From Mytilus trossulus (lineage: Eukaryota): a DNA stretch of 64,000 nucleotides. The stretch is from contig NC_086382.1 in assembly GCF_036588685.1 (NCBI RefSeq), positions 38,564,001-38,628,000 of the forward strand. Direction: 5' to 3'. Shown piece by piece: positions 22,134 to 35,080 of the stretch. The translations under genes were made by a program, and so were the position numbers. Each line of letters opens with the position of its first letter. Within the stretch, counting starts at the first letter, position 1. Below the pieces are notes generated by a model. That model saw only the letters and a program-made list of their open reading frames with translations. It searched no databases and was not told where the DNA came from.

Positions 22134-25126
22134 AATGATACATAATATTTACAAAGTTTTGATATTTTCATTTTATTGAGATGTGCAGAATAATTTGCGT
22201 ATTAAATTGTGATTTTTAATATTTTGTCTTACAGAAGTGTTGATTCGATTGCCACTGATCCCTAGACGGCATCTACTAAACAAATATTTTTTTAATTTTT
22301 TGTCTAATGTGTACATGCGAATACAGAACTAATTTATGATATATTATTTCTGCAAATTAAAACAAAAACACTTGTTAATCAAATCTATGAATGGTAGGTG
22401 ATTAGCTTAATCGTGAACGATCAATTTGATTGCTATACAAAAAGGAGGACTGGTGTATCTAATTATATCAGCAACAGCATTATATAAGATAAAAGAAGTA
22501 AACAAAGGTTAAATGATGTATAAAATTCACGCAATTACGTCACAAAAACGTATTACTTGTACTATAAACGTTTGTTACATGTCAGATTTACTTAAATTTC
22601 AAACAAACGAGCGTTTTCTTACGCAGTAAAACTGATAACACGCTTTATGTTATTTTTCTACCTGTTAAATATTGTAATACAAAACGGATTTTTAAAATTT
22701 TTTTTATTCTCACATCATCACATGTTTTATCCATTTACTTTTGTAATAATGACAATGAATAACAAAAAGTAATTATACAATGTTTGAAGATTCAATTATT
22801 TGAAATTATTGCATCTGTATTTCAGTGGGATCACAATTGTTGGAAAACATACTTAACAGCTGTAAGTATAATAAAGAAAAAATGTAAGTATGATTAAGAA
22901 ACAATTAAGTGTAATAAATAAAAAAGTAATTAGAATTAAAAAAAGGTAAGCAGAATTAAAAAAAAGTAAGTAGAATTAAAAAAAAGTCATAAATAAATAG
23001 GAGATTAGTGATGCACAACAAAAGAGGGGATATTGTCATATTCTCAATACACTCCTCTCCTTCAATGCTTCATTCAATGTAATTATAAATCGAGTAATGC
23101 TTGTACAGTTAAACAACCTGTAGTCACCTTTTGGCAAATGACGCCACTCACATTGATAAAACATGTGAAAAATCACTTACAGCCATCACTTATAATTCAT
23201 TTATATGTATCAGTAGAATATGATTATGATCAGCATAATTATGAAAGGAAAACGTCAACATCTAAGTATTTCATGCGGTAACCAGGTACGTAACTTTCAG
23301 TCTTTCTTTTACAACCAGACTAATCCAGTCGTAATATTTCGATTCGTCATCGAACGCTACATTAAAGTAATGATGACATTGAATGTTCAGGGGCACAGAA
23401 TCAATCCATTTATCCCTATGCCGAACATTTATTCACAGTTATTTCAAATATACACAAAAAGTTGAAAAAATCATTTAATACAGACTTCAAATTTTTTGTT
23501 ACAATTTTCCATTATAATTATATAGATTTGCATTTTACTAAAAAGATATTCTATCTTACTTGAAAGAACGTCGGAACTTAATGTCGCTTAATACGTATCA
23601 ACATCCACTATGATTAGGAAAGTATTTTTCAAACGTGTTTTAAAAAAGCATTAAAAAAAGCTACACAATTTAATTAGGATAATCACATGCTAAATATGTA
23701 TATATTACTGCAACATTTGTTCTTTCTATAGAATGGTTTTTCTACATAAAATGTAAATACAAAAAAATATTATTCGAAAGAAAATGTCAGCTTCTTCGAA
23801 TATGTTTCTTTTTTTGCCGAAATGAAACGAAATTCTGACACTGATCGTTCAGTTTATGAATTAAAAAAACAATTATGCAACCATGTCAAACCAGGTTTTA
23901 CTGGGATCAATTCTGTAAGGGTTGAACACTTAGATTAGTATATATATTGCATTTATATATAAAACGTTATCCGGAGGTGGCGAGAGAAATGGTTTCAATT
24001 ACTTTAAAAATGTAAACAGTTTAGCAATTATTTCAATGACGTAATAGTAAAGTGCTCATAAATTAGTTTGGTTAGATAATTTTATGAAGGCTGTCAAATT
24101 GTATTCAAATAAATATCCATGTATAAAAAATCAGGTGTATTCAATGATATGGAAATAATTGAAAAATTGCATTTGCATCTGGAAATGAATCATATTTTGC
24201 ACGAATCTGGTTATGGATTAAGATTTGATTTTGATTGTATGTATGGTGTTCATCATAGACCAATGATCTATTTAAAACCAAAACTAACAAAATAACGATT
24301 TTACTAAATTGATCATCTTGTTTTAATTGATAAAAATAAAACAAGTAATAGTTGACTTAGATGCTATACAGTATCGCATACAATGTCATCTCCTCTGGTG
24401 TCAAATTTTTCTGAATGAATTTTCTTTAAGAAAGGGAAGTCTATGTCTTTAATGTAGAATGTGCAAGGACAAAAGACTTCCTAATCTGGCTTTTTCAGTT
24501 GCAAGAAATATGCTATATTCACTATATTGTTTTATTTTGCTCCTAATACCGGTCATTTTGCGGAATTCCTGCTTGCTAAGTACTAGTAGGCAAAAATGTC
24601 TTATGCTTTCACTATTGACGAACAGAAATATTCCCGAAACATCAATAAGAATTCTAAAAAAAAACTTTTAAGCATGAAACGTGTTTAGTTTTCTATTGGG
24701 CAACCTTAGACGAAGTATTCGAGTTTGAACAAGCATAGGCATGCGTGTAGTGGATGATAATTCCTCATTTTTTTTGTCATATTGGTTGTTTGCTGTATCA
24801 TTATTTTTTTTAGATGTTTGTTGATCTTCCGTTCTTCATTTTTGCAAAAAAAGTTTATTACCTGTTTTAAGCTAAAACAAGGCTGACAATCTTCAACTCA
24901 TGGTATACCTTTATTTTTATGATAAACTAAACAGCATACTGCATAGGTGTTTTCATTATGATATTTAGATTAAATGGATTGGTCTTCATTACAAAAATAT
25001 CAATTTTAAAGTATATCAAAAAGTGTATTTATTTTTGTTGTTGTGATAAAACTCATAAACGACACCAGGTTTATAATTATACGACATACGCGTGTTTCTT
25101 TGAGTTCAGACTGATCAGTGGTGATC

Positions 25127-28100
25127 CCATTGAAACGTTTATTGATTTGGAAACTTACAACAGTGCACAACTCGAAAAAGTGTATTTAAATTGAAGTTTG
25201 CTATAAATGATTGCCTCTGTATCTGTATTTGTTTACTTCAAACTAGTCTTTATGTCAACACATGTACAATGCACTAAAAAGTACTTAACAGGTAGGTACT
25301 TCATTTTAGTTCATATTTTATTGTTGATATACTTTTATTAGATAAATCTAATTTAAACTTTGCATCCCTTTTTATAACAGTTAATTACGTATGTCTTTCT
25401 GCAGTCTGTTTTGTGATAAGAGTTTATATTAAATCATTTGTAATTGAATTCGAAACACTGGTGTGATGTAAAAATTTTATTACGATTACATAATTCTATA
25501 TTTAATAGTTACAGTTTAATATTTTGGAAAACATGGATTGTACGTCTGTAGAAATGGTTTACGTCTGTAGTATGGCAAATACTGTTTCATATAGGAACAC
25601 TTCGTGTATTCATACCAAAAACTATGTCACTTTGAATGATTAGCACAATTGCCTTTGCACAAGTTTAAACTATTTGGCTGTAATAAGTCTGATTTTAACA
25701 TATTATGAGTTTAATGTGCTATTTCACTTATCATTAATAATTGTCAGTGGTTGTCGTGTCTGATTTTTTTTAATTGTTATTACATATTATTAAATGATAT
25801 GAGCAAATAAGCCCTAATACGGATAAATCAGCATGTGCAATACTAAAAATGTTCCACTGTCGATATAAATCAAGATTTAATATTGCTCTTCGAACAGGGC
25901 CAATACGGAAAAAAACAGGGCCAATACAGAAAAAAGCGGAAAAAAGACGTATTAGCCCTAGGGCTAATACAGGACGTTCACTTCCGGTATTCAATTTTCT
26001 TACGCAATTACTTAACTTTGGAAGTATCGTTATGCATGAAAACATTTGTATAATATTTTTTTAAATTTAAGTCATAAAATAAACAGGTTAAATGATGTGC
26101 AATGTTTTGTAACGGCTTGAAGTTTTGAAACGGAAAAAAACAGGGCCAATACAGAAAAAAGCGGGAAAATAGCTGTATTGGCCCATGGGCTAATACGGGA
26201 CGTTCACTTCCGGTTTTTAATTCTCTTATAATCATTTAATAAAAGTGTTATGAACTGGCTGTTTCTGTATTGGCACTGGTATAGATGCCATTGAAACGTT
26301 TATTGATTTGGAAACTTACAACAGTGCACAACTCGAAAAAGTGTATTTAAATTGAAGTTTGCTATAAATGATTGCCTCTGCCTCTGTATCTGTATTTGTT
26401 TACTTCAAACTAGTCTTTATGTCAACACATGTACAATGCACTAAAAAGTACTTAACAGGTAGGTACTTCATTTTAGTTCATATTTTATTGTTGATATACT
26501 TTTATTAGATAAATCTAATTTAAACTTTGCATCCCTTTTTATAACAGTTAATTACGTATGTCTTTCTGCAGTCTGTTTTGTGATAAGAGTTTATATTAAA
26601 TCATTTGTAATTGAATTCGAAACACTGGTGTGATGTAAAAATTTTATTACGATTACATAATTCTATATTTAATAGTTACAGTTTAATATTTTGGAAAACA
26701 TGGATTGTACGTCTGTAGAAATGGTTTACGTCTGTAGTATGGCAAATACTGTTTCATATAGGAACACTTCGTGTATTCATACCAAAAACTATGTCACTTT
26801 GAATGATTAGCACAATTGCCTTTGCACAAGTTTAAACTATTTGGCTGTAATAAGTCTGATTTTAACATATTATGAGTTTAATGTGCTATTTCACTTATCA
26901 TTAATAATTGTCAGTGGTTGTCGTGTCTGATTTTTTTTAATTGTTATTACATATTATTAAATGATATGAGCAAATAAGCCCTAATACGGATAAATCAGCA
27001 TGTGCAATACTAAAAATGTTCCACTGTCGATATAAATCAAGATTTAATATTGCTCTTCGAACAGGGCCAATACGGAAAAAAACAGGGCCAATACAGAAAA
27101 AAGCGGAAAAAAGACGTATTAGCCCTAGGGCTAATACAGGACGTTCACTTCCGGTATTCAATTTTCTTACGCAATTACTTAACTTTGGAAGTATCGTTAT
27201 GCATGAAAACATTTGTATAATATTTTTTTAAATTTAAGTCATAAAATAAACAGGTTAAATGATGTGCAATGTTTTGTAACGGCTTGAAGTTTTGAAACGG
27301 AAAAAAACAGGGCCAATACAGAAAAAAGCGGGAAAATAGCTGTATTGGCCCATGGGCTAATACGGGACGTTCACTTCCGGTTTTTAATTCTCTTATAATC
27401 ATTTAATAAAAGTGTTATGAACTGGCTGTTTCTGTATTGGCACTGGTATAGATGCCATTGAAACGTTTATTGATTTGGAAACTTACAACAGTGCACAACT
27501 CGAAAAAGTGTATTTAAATTGAAGTTTGCTATAAATGATTGCCTCTGCCTCTGTATCTGTATTTGTTTACTTCAAACTAGTCTTTATGTCAACACATGTA
27601 CAATGCACTAAAAAGTACTTAACAGGTAGGTACTTCATTTTAGTTCATATTTTATTGTTGATATACTTTTATTAGATAAATCTAATTTAAACTTTGCATC
27701 CCTTTTTATAACAGTTAATTACGTATGTCTTTCTGCAGTCTGTTTTGTGATAAGAGTTTATATTAAATCATTTGTAATTGAATTCGAAACACTGGTGTGA
27801 TGTAAAAATTTTATTACGATTACATAATTCTATATTTAATAGTTACAGTTTAATATTTTGGAAAACATGGATTGTACGTCTGTAGAAATGGTTTACGTCT
27901 GTAGTATGGCAAATACTGTTTCATATAGGAACACTTCGTGTATTCATACCAAAAACTATGTCACTTTGAATGATTAGCACAATTGCCTTTGCACAAGTTT
28001 AAACTATTTGGCTGTAATAAGTCTGATTTTAACATATTATGAGTTTAATGTGCTATTTCACTTATCATTAATAATTGTCAGTGGTTGTCGTGTCTGATTT

Positions 28101-28620
28101 TTTTTAATTGTTATTACATATTATTAAATGATATGAGCAAATAAGCCCTAATACGGATAAATCAGCATGTGCAATACTAAAAATGTTCCACTGTCGATAT
28201 AAATCAAGATTTAATATTGCTCTTCGAACAGGGCCAATACGGAAAAAAACAGGGCCAATACAGAAAAAAGCGGAAAAAAGACGTATTAGCCCTAGGGCTA
28301 ATACAGGACGTTCACTTCCGGTATTCAATTTTCTTACGCAATTACTTAACTTTGGAAGTATCGTTATGCATGAAAACATTTGTATAATATTTTTTTAAAT
28401 TTAAGTCATAAAATAAACAGGTTAAATGATGTGCAATGTTTTGTAACGGCTTGAAGTTTTGAAACGGAAAAAAACAGGGCCAATACAGAAAAAAGCGGGA
28501 AAATAGCTGTATTGGCCCATGGGCTAATACGGGACGTTCACTTCCGGTTTTTAATTCTCTTATAATCATTTAATAAAAGTGTTATGAACTGGCTGTTTCT
28601 GTATTGGCACTGGTATAGAT
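25127..28620. repeat. Near-identical tandem triplication (units 1161/1167/1166 bp)
   Basis: Units start with ccattgaaacg at 25127, 26288 and 27455; identical ORF translations recur every 1167 bp. Confidence 0.95.
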
Positions 28621-28740
28621 TCTCGGTCAGCTGTATTGGCCCTCGACCCTACGGGTCTCGAGGCCAATACAGCAAACCTTGAATCTATACCAGTGCCAAT
28701 ACAGAAACAGCCAGTTAATAACACTATAATACAATTAAAA
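28102..28740. mobile_element. Palindrome-rich non-autonomous element ending in a ~145-nt hairpin
   Basis: Hairpin 28580-28725 (gtgttat.aactggctgtttctgtattggcactggtatagattc ... gaatctataccagtgccaatacagaaacagccagtt.ataacac); internal palindromes tattagccctagggctaata; short imperfect terminal IR ttttaattgt/acaattaaaa. Truncated copies start at ~25768 and ~26935. Confidence 0.55.
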
Positions 28741-28819
28741 CAGCCTTTATACTACCAAAACGGAATGTGTCATACTGGTGACGTCGTCCTGGTCATATAA
28801 ATCACGTTATCTATATTGC

Positions 28820-29212
28820 TTTTAGGCCCGTTCCAATATTTCCAATACGGACTGGCAATGAATCCTGAATTACATGTTAACATATATTGTGCATGTAATT
28901 CAAGAATCATTGCCAGTTCGTATTGAAAATATTGGCCCTTTATTTACTTCATTGCCAGTCCGTATTGGAAATATCGCCTTATATTCACATTTTATGTATG
29001 TAATACAGCTTTCAGAACAAGTCTGTTTTAAAAAAGTTGGATCATTTAATAAAAATGTTATGACCTGGTGTTTCTGTATAGGCACTGGTATAGATTCTCG
29101 GTCAGCTGTATTGGTCATTGACTCTCCGGTTATCAAGGTCAATGCAGCAAACCTTGAATATATTCCAGTGCCAATACAGAAACAGCCAGTTAATAACACT
29201 ATATTATTATTC
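28820..29212. mobile_element. Second, older member of the palindromic element family
   Basis: Diverged copy of the same terminal hairpin at ~29055-29200. Confidence 0.55.
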
Positions 29213-30967
29213 TGAATTAGTATTCTCATTTTTATTGATTTATATACTGTTATTTGAGCCTTATTAACGATACGAAATGTGCTTTGTTCTTTGTAAAACG
29301 CCTTGCGAAGACTGGTACATCAACATCGTTGTCCGTTTGTCTTTCCTTTGATATGAGTATTTTGTACCTATGCGCCAACCAGAAAATAAAACATTGTTTG
29401 TACCTCCAAAAAAGTTATGCAACATTTTTCCCGTTATATGTTTTTTGACCCATTATACCATGATATTGATTTGAATGGAGTATGTAATGTTGAGGAAGAA
29501 AACATACGATATTTGAATATATCTGATAAGGTTTGATTTTTCTTAGTTCTCATTGATTGAAAAGATCACTTGTTTTCAAATCTCCATTAGATTTTTTTCA
29601 CTATTTTACATTTTGACGTTACCTTTTTAGAATGATATCGACTCCCTGTTAATAAAGACAGTAACATCGATTTAATTCCATTTTCAAACATAGTTACCTC
29701 ATGTCGATGTCATTTCAAACTGTCACTTTTAACATATGTAACATATACGTTACATACTTTCTAGTAGACCTTTTCAACAACTCTCGATACCGACTATTGA
29801 CACCTACAGTTTACAGGAGAAATGGAGGGGTCGTATTAAAAATTTAAATCATTCATGTATAACATGCATGTAACATAAAAAAGTACTATATTATCGATTA
29901 AAACGATTTTTATTAAGGACAAAAAGGTATATTTTGCTCATAGCATTTGTGTGTTTTCTGTGTTGTCTCCTTTCTTTCATTCATTACTTATATTTATAAG
30001 TTAAAAAAAAGTATAAAGCATCCCACTTTAAAAAAAGACAAACTTTATTTACATTCGGAGTATTGCATTTTCGGTAATATGATTATTAATATCAATCGTT
30101 GTGCGATTTTTTTTTATGGACGACTGCTTTCCATGCCAACAGTCTTAAACTCGTTTGGAATGTTGTTTTATGACTTTACATTTTAGCATCCCCATAGTAA
30201 CAATATTACAAATAGCTGTGGCGGATCCATGATTTGTCATTCAGTGTGTGTTTGGGAGGGGGGACTGACTGCCTAAGAGGGGCATAGTCCAGTCATGCTT
30301 CGGTCATATCCTATATAGTCAATCAAAATTTTCATACCAATGGCCATTTTAGAAAAAATGGTGGGTTGAAGCTGTATTTGTGGCATGCCAAACCTCCCGC
30401 TTTTATGACAATGTTAAAATAACATTAAAATGACAACATTACATGACAGGACTAAAATACAAATAAATGGGAGAACATTTAGGACAGAGAAACACACGAA
30501 TAATAGCTAACAAAAGATAACAGGTTTAAAATCTAATAGGTCTGACGTGTGTTACGTCCACAGTCTTGACAAGAGAAATCAATTAAAAAAAAAGCTTTGG
30601 GGAGACGCATTCCAACGAGTTATAACATATTCTGAAAGAGATATAGAACATCCTGCTTTACTAGCAGCACGATTTATCTCATTATGGTCAAGTTTCAATT
30701 TGGTTCAATATAATGCATATGTTGAATTCAGAATCCTTCCATACTTCCATCAATTTTGCATTATTAAAATATAAGGTTTGATTGTATTGTTATAGGAGTT
30801 ACCTAAATTGCCGATGTCTTTTTCGATTTGTTTCGATCTAATATCGACATATTTAAAATGAAAGATAATTGTATAATGAACGCGTCATCCCAAAACAATG
30901 TTAACCATTGATTTGTATTAGGGCAAAGATCAATCATCAAATAGTTTAAACAGTTGGAATTTCTTAC

Positions 30968-31076
30968 CTGACTTTCCGACACCTTGGATTCCAAGAATGA
31001 GAATATTAAAATCCTTATGACTGTGTTTTTGAATTTTTTCCTCAGTTGCTGGTTTTGGATCTTTATGGAACGGCAT
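30968..31076 (-). CDS. First coding exon of Ras-superfamily small GTPase, copy C
   Basis: MPFHKDPKPATEEKIQKHSHKDFNILILGIQGVGKS; donor TCAG|GTAAGA. Versus copy A: three synonymous changes and one V>F. Missed by the ORF track. Confidence 0.78.
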
Positions 31077-33479
31077 TTCGGAACTTATTAATTAAACTTT
31101 TCCTTTGATTTGTACATACAAACACAATAATATAAGTTTACAGCACTGAACCACCAAAATTAAAAAAAGCAACCTGAATGTAAAGATAACGTTGCGTCAT
31201 GAATTGAGTTATGGGAACTTGTTTGACTAGAAAATTAGCTTTATCTTGTTCACTCAATTTACTTGCTGTAGAAACAGAACGATGGATGTGTCTTATTATA
31301 ACAGTTACAATATTATATGATGTTAGAAGAATGCAAAGGCTAAATAATGTATGTTATGCACATGCTTAGATTACACATTACGTATAAGATATACTTTTGG
31401 CGTTTAGCTAAACGTAAAGATGTCTAATTAGACAACTGTTTTATTGAGGACGGAAATATAAAATGTTTGTAATTGATGATGTGTTTATATGTAATTTCTT
31501 CTTGTTGATTATTGTGATAATGATAACATTTATATTACGAATTGCTATTAGTCTTTTACAAAACTAATATATCGATATAGAAACAAATACATTATTCACG
31601 AAAGTGTGTCTTCCCTCAATCCTGTCTAATTGTATTCCATTATTATCAATAAAAGTATAAATGCAATCTTATTATATTCCGTTTGGTCTTTGTTCGAACT
31701 AATTACAACAACGTTTGAAGCAAACAGTTTCACCACCTTTAGAAGTACTAATTGGGTCAAGTGCACAACCCTAAAGTACTTGAATTTTCTTTATATTATT
31801 CTCTTTTTCAAATACGTTATACTTCACTTAACCAAGTGCTACTTAAGCAGAGAAAGACTATGTGAGCATTTCACACATTTAACCTTCCTTACAGATGATA
31901 GATCTATAATAATAAAAAAATAATATGTAAGTCGAAAATCACAAAAAATAATAAACATAAAAATATAAGAAATAAATTAAGTAAATTGCATGAACCTTAA
32001 GGCTCTGTAGTTTTAAACTTATTGGAAAATGTTTACTACATTTTGCAAAATGTTTATACAAAAAAACCCGTTGAAATAATTCCTGTTTTTTCTTTGTTGC
32101 GTTAATTTTTTTTTAACAGAACAATATGATTGTATAGCATCCTATTGAATAAATTCAAAATAAAGAAATTTACTTTGCTCTTTAAATGTATCTTGGATTT
32201 ACAAATATTCTTTTTGAGCTTACCCAATTAAGGTGCATTGTAGATCAGGAAAAGCGGTAAAGGTGTTTTTTCATCACCCTAACTATATTATTTCGGCAAA
32301 TTAAAACATAAAACACTTGTTAACCATATTCATGAATGGCAGGTGATTAGCTTAATCGTGAACGATCAATTTTATTGCTATACATAAAGGAGGACTGGTG
32401 TATCTATTTATATGAGCAACAGCATTATATAAGATAAAAGAAGTAAACACAGGTTAAATGATGTATATAATTCACGCAATTACGTCACAAAAACATATTA
32501 CTTGTTCTATAAACGTTTGTTACATGTCAAAATTACTATAATTTCAAATCAAATGATCGTTTTCTTACGCAATAAAAGTAATCACACGCTTGATGTTATT
32601 GTTCCACCTGTTGAATATTGTAAAAAAAGCACTGATCACGTTGATTAGGTCTATTCTCACATCATCAGAGAAAATCATATGTATACATTTGTTTGAGTAA
32701 TCATGGTAATGAATACAACAATAGTAAGTTTATAATGTTTGAAGATTTAATAATTTGAAAGTATGGAATCTATTATTATTGTGTGGGATAACCAATGTTT
32801 TAAAAAAAATCCCACTTCATATCTTTAAGTAGAATTAAACATAGACTAAGCGTATAGTAGATAAGTAGTACAAATTTACAAGATAATCATATTCTTATTT
32901 ACTTTTTGCCTATAATGCTTCATTCGAAGTTATAATCATAATCAAGTGATACTTGTACAGTTAACACTCTGTAGTCACCTATTGGCAAATAATGACACTC
33001 ATATTGATAAAACATGTGGAAAATTACTTGTTACTTGCACATGTGACTGTCGGTTCGCCAGTCATTCTTTTAGAACCCGACTAATCCAGTTTGTATATTT
33101 CAAAAGACTATCGATCGCTTAACCTTAACTCTTTTTAATAAACAGTTGTTAACAATATTTGTAAATAAACGTATAAAAAAATAGAAAAACTGTTTAAAGA
33201 TGACTTTCTCGGTAATGAATATCCAAAAAGTTGTTATTAAATGTTTAGTATTTGTTTTTATTGTACATTTTTGCGAAGAGCTTCTATGTACATTTTACTC
33301 GATGCATTTGTATATAAATTTTGTGCATTTTCTGTTTGTTAATATACACACCTCTTTATTTATTTTAGAAAGTCTTTAAGATTTTCAGTTACCGGTTTTC
33401 CGTTATGAGCAGAATGCAAAATTAATAATGAAAACTGAGGAGCGGTGAATAGAGTAATCATAACACACAAGGAAGCTAT

Positions 33480-33705
33480 AAAACAAAGAGTTCCAAGTGG
33501 TGAAGTTGAAATCACACCTTTGCCAATTTTACAAACGCTACAACGAATTGACTGTTATTGAAAATCTGTTTTTCGGTTGATAGCGGATGTGTTCATAAAG
33601 TCGTTATTTCAATCCAGTTCACTTTTCATTAATTTGACCTACCGAACAATCCTTACCGAGTTTGAACTAATATCAGCAACATGACGGGTGCAACATGTGG
33701 ATCTG
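33480..33705 (+). mobile_element. Degenerate PLE RT C-terminus plus tail
   Basis: EFQVVKLKSHLCQFYKRYNEL-like peptide followed by tgacctaccgaac...catgacgggtgcaacatgtgg (family C tail). Confidence 0.5.
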
Positions 33706-34109
33706 ATAATTTAAAACAGAAGATGTGGTATGATTTCAAATGAGACAACTCTACACAAAAAAAACAAATGCGAAGAAATTAATAACTATAGGTCACCGTA
33801 TGGACTCCAACAACGACCAAAGCTCATTCCGCATAGTCAGCTATTAAAGGCCACGCAATGAAAAATGTAAAACAATTCAAACGAGAAAATTAACGGCTTA
33901 ATTTATGTACATAAATTGAATGAAAAAAAAATCTGTAACACAACTACAAACGGACGTGGACGGGCACTTGTATATTAAAACAACAAAAAGACACTAAATA
34001 CTGATCTGAGAGTACTAGCAGTTATTGACAGCTAGTTCAAAGCCACTAAAATAAAAAGTAAAAATCAGAAGTTCACTTGCATTATCTATTTGACGTCATA
34101 AACATGTAA

Positions 34110-34710
34110 AAAAGTAAAGTCATTAAAATACTGATCTCCGAGGAAATTCCATAATGAAATAGCAATATCAAAAGCTCAAACACATTAAACGACTGGATAA
34201 CGGCTATCATATTCCTAACTTGGTACAGGCATTTTCTTATGTAAAACATGGTGGGTTGAACCTAGTTTTATAGCCAGCCAAATATCTCACTTGTATGAAA
34301 GTCGCATCAAGTTCCATTATATTGACAACGATGCGGGAACAAAACAAACAGACATTATAGGTAAAAATGTCAAATATACAGTAATCAACATTGTTTTGTG
34401 ATTTTAATCAATAAAAAAATGACGAACATGTAACAAAGAAGCACAAAATGGCATCAATTTGCCATAGTACAACAACAAAATGACGGAATGTATCAGAACA
34501 GAGCAACGTCGTATATGTAACGAAGAAACATAAAAAGACACATAGACAAAGCACAAAGCAAAACAATTAAAAAAGCAACAGAAAAGTTTTACAATAGCAC
34601 AATAACTGGTTGGTACCAACAGATCAACGACACATGCATATGAGAATATCACAAACAAACATGACAGGATGTACAGGTATAAAATATACGTTTCTGACAT
34701 AACACAGATA
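34110..34710 (-). mobile_element. Family D interspersed repeat (PLE-type tail)
   Basis: aaaagtaaa...aaatactga.ctccgaggaaa...cctaacttggtacagg; copies at 8080-8230, 36020-36160, 44330-44590, 46850-47115, 50370-50640 and 58930-59165. Confidence 0.6.
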
Positions 34711-34921
34711 AATCAAGTAAAATCATATACATTTGATGAAGAGATTTACTAAATATGATTTCAAATACAAATTTACACCGTAGCTAAATGCATTTTGTAG
34801 AATACGTGTCTTTTTGGTTAAAACTCTTGCCTATTACTAAATATAAATTAAGAGATCTCAAAAAAAGCTATGCTGGCAGCTTATCTTTTAAGCATCCATG
34901 AACAATTGATTAGTTGGTAGC

Positions 34922-35080
34922 TAGCCATCAAAGGTACCAGGACTATAATTTAGTACGCCAGACGCGCGTTTCGTCTACATAAGACTCATCAGTGACGCTT
35001 ATATCAAAATATTTATAAAGCCAAACAAGTACAAAATTGAAGAGCATGGAAGATTCAAAATTCCAAAACGTTGTGCCAAA
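34922..35080 (-). mobile_element. 5'-truncated retrozyme fragment
   Basis: Matches the 354-nt unit and ends at the same 3' position as the other arrays. Confidence 0.8.
34955..34999 (-). ncRNA. Type I hammerhead ribozyme (solo)
   Basis: Minus strand: agcgtca CTGATGA gtct tatgt agac GAAAC gcgc GTC tggcgt. Confidence 0.85.

Noticed and set aside
25770-28569. Triplicated 71-91 aa ORFs on both strands
   Set aside because: By-products of a palindromic repeat; no recognisable domain.
30570-30632. Candidate exon 2 for GTPase copy C (acceptor tctctttcag at 30633)
   Set aside because: The in-phase translation EYVITRWNASPQSFFFN* has no Ras similarity and is not conserved in the other units.
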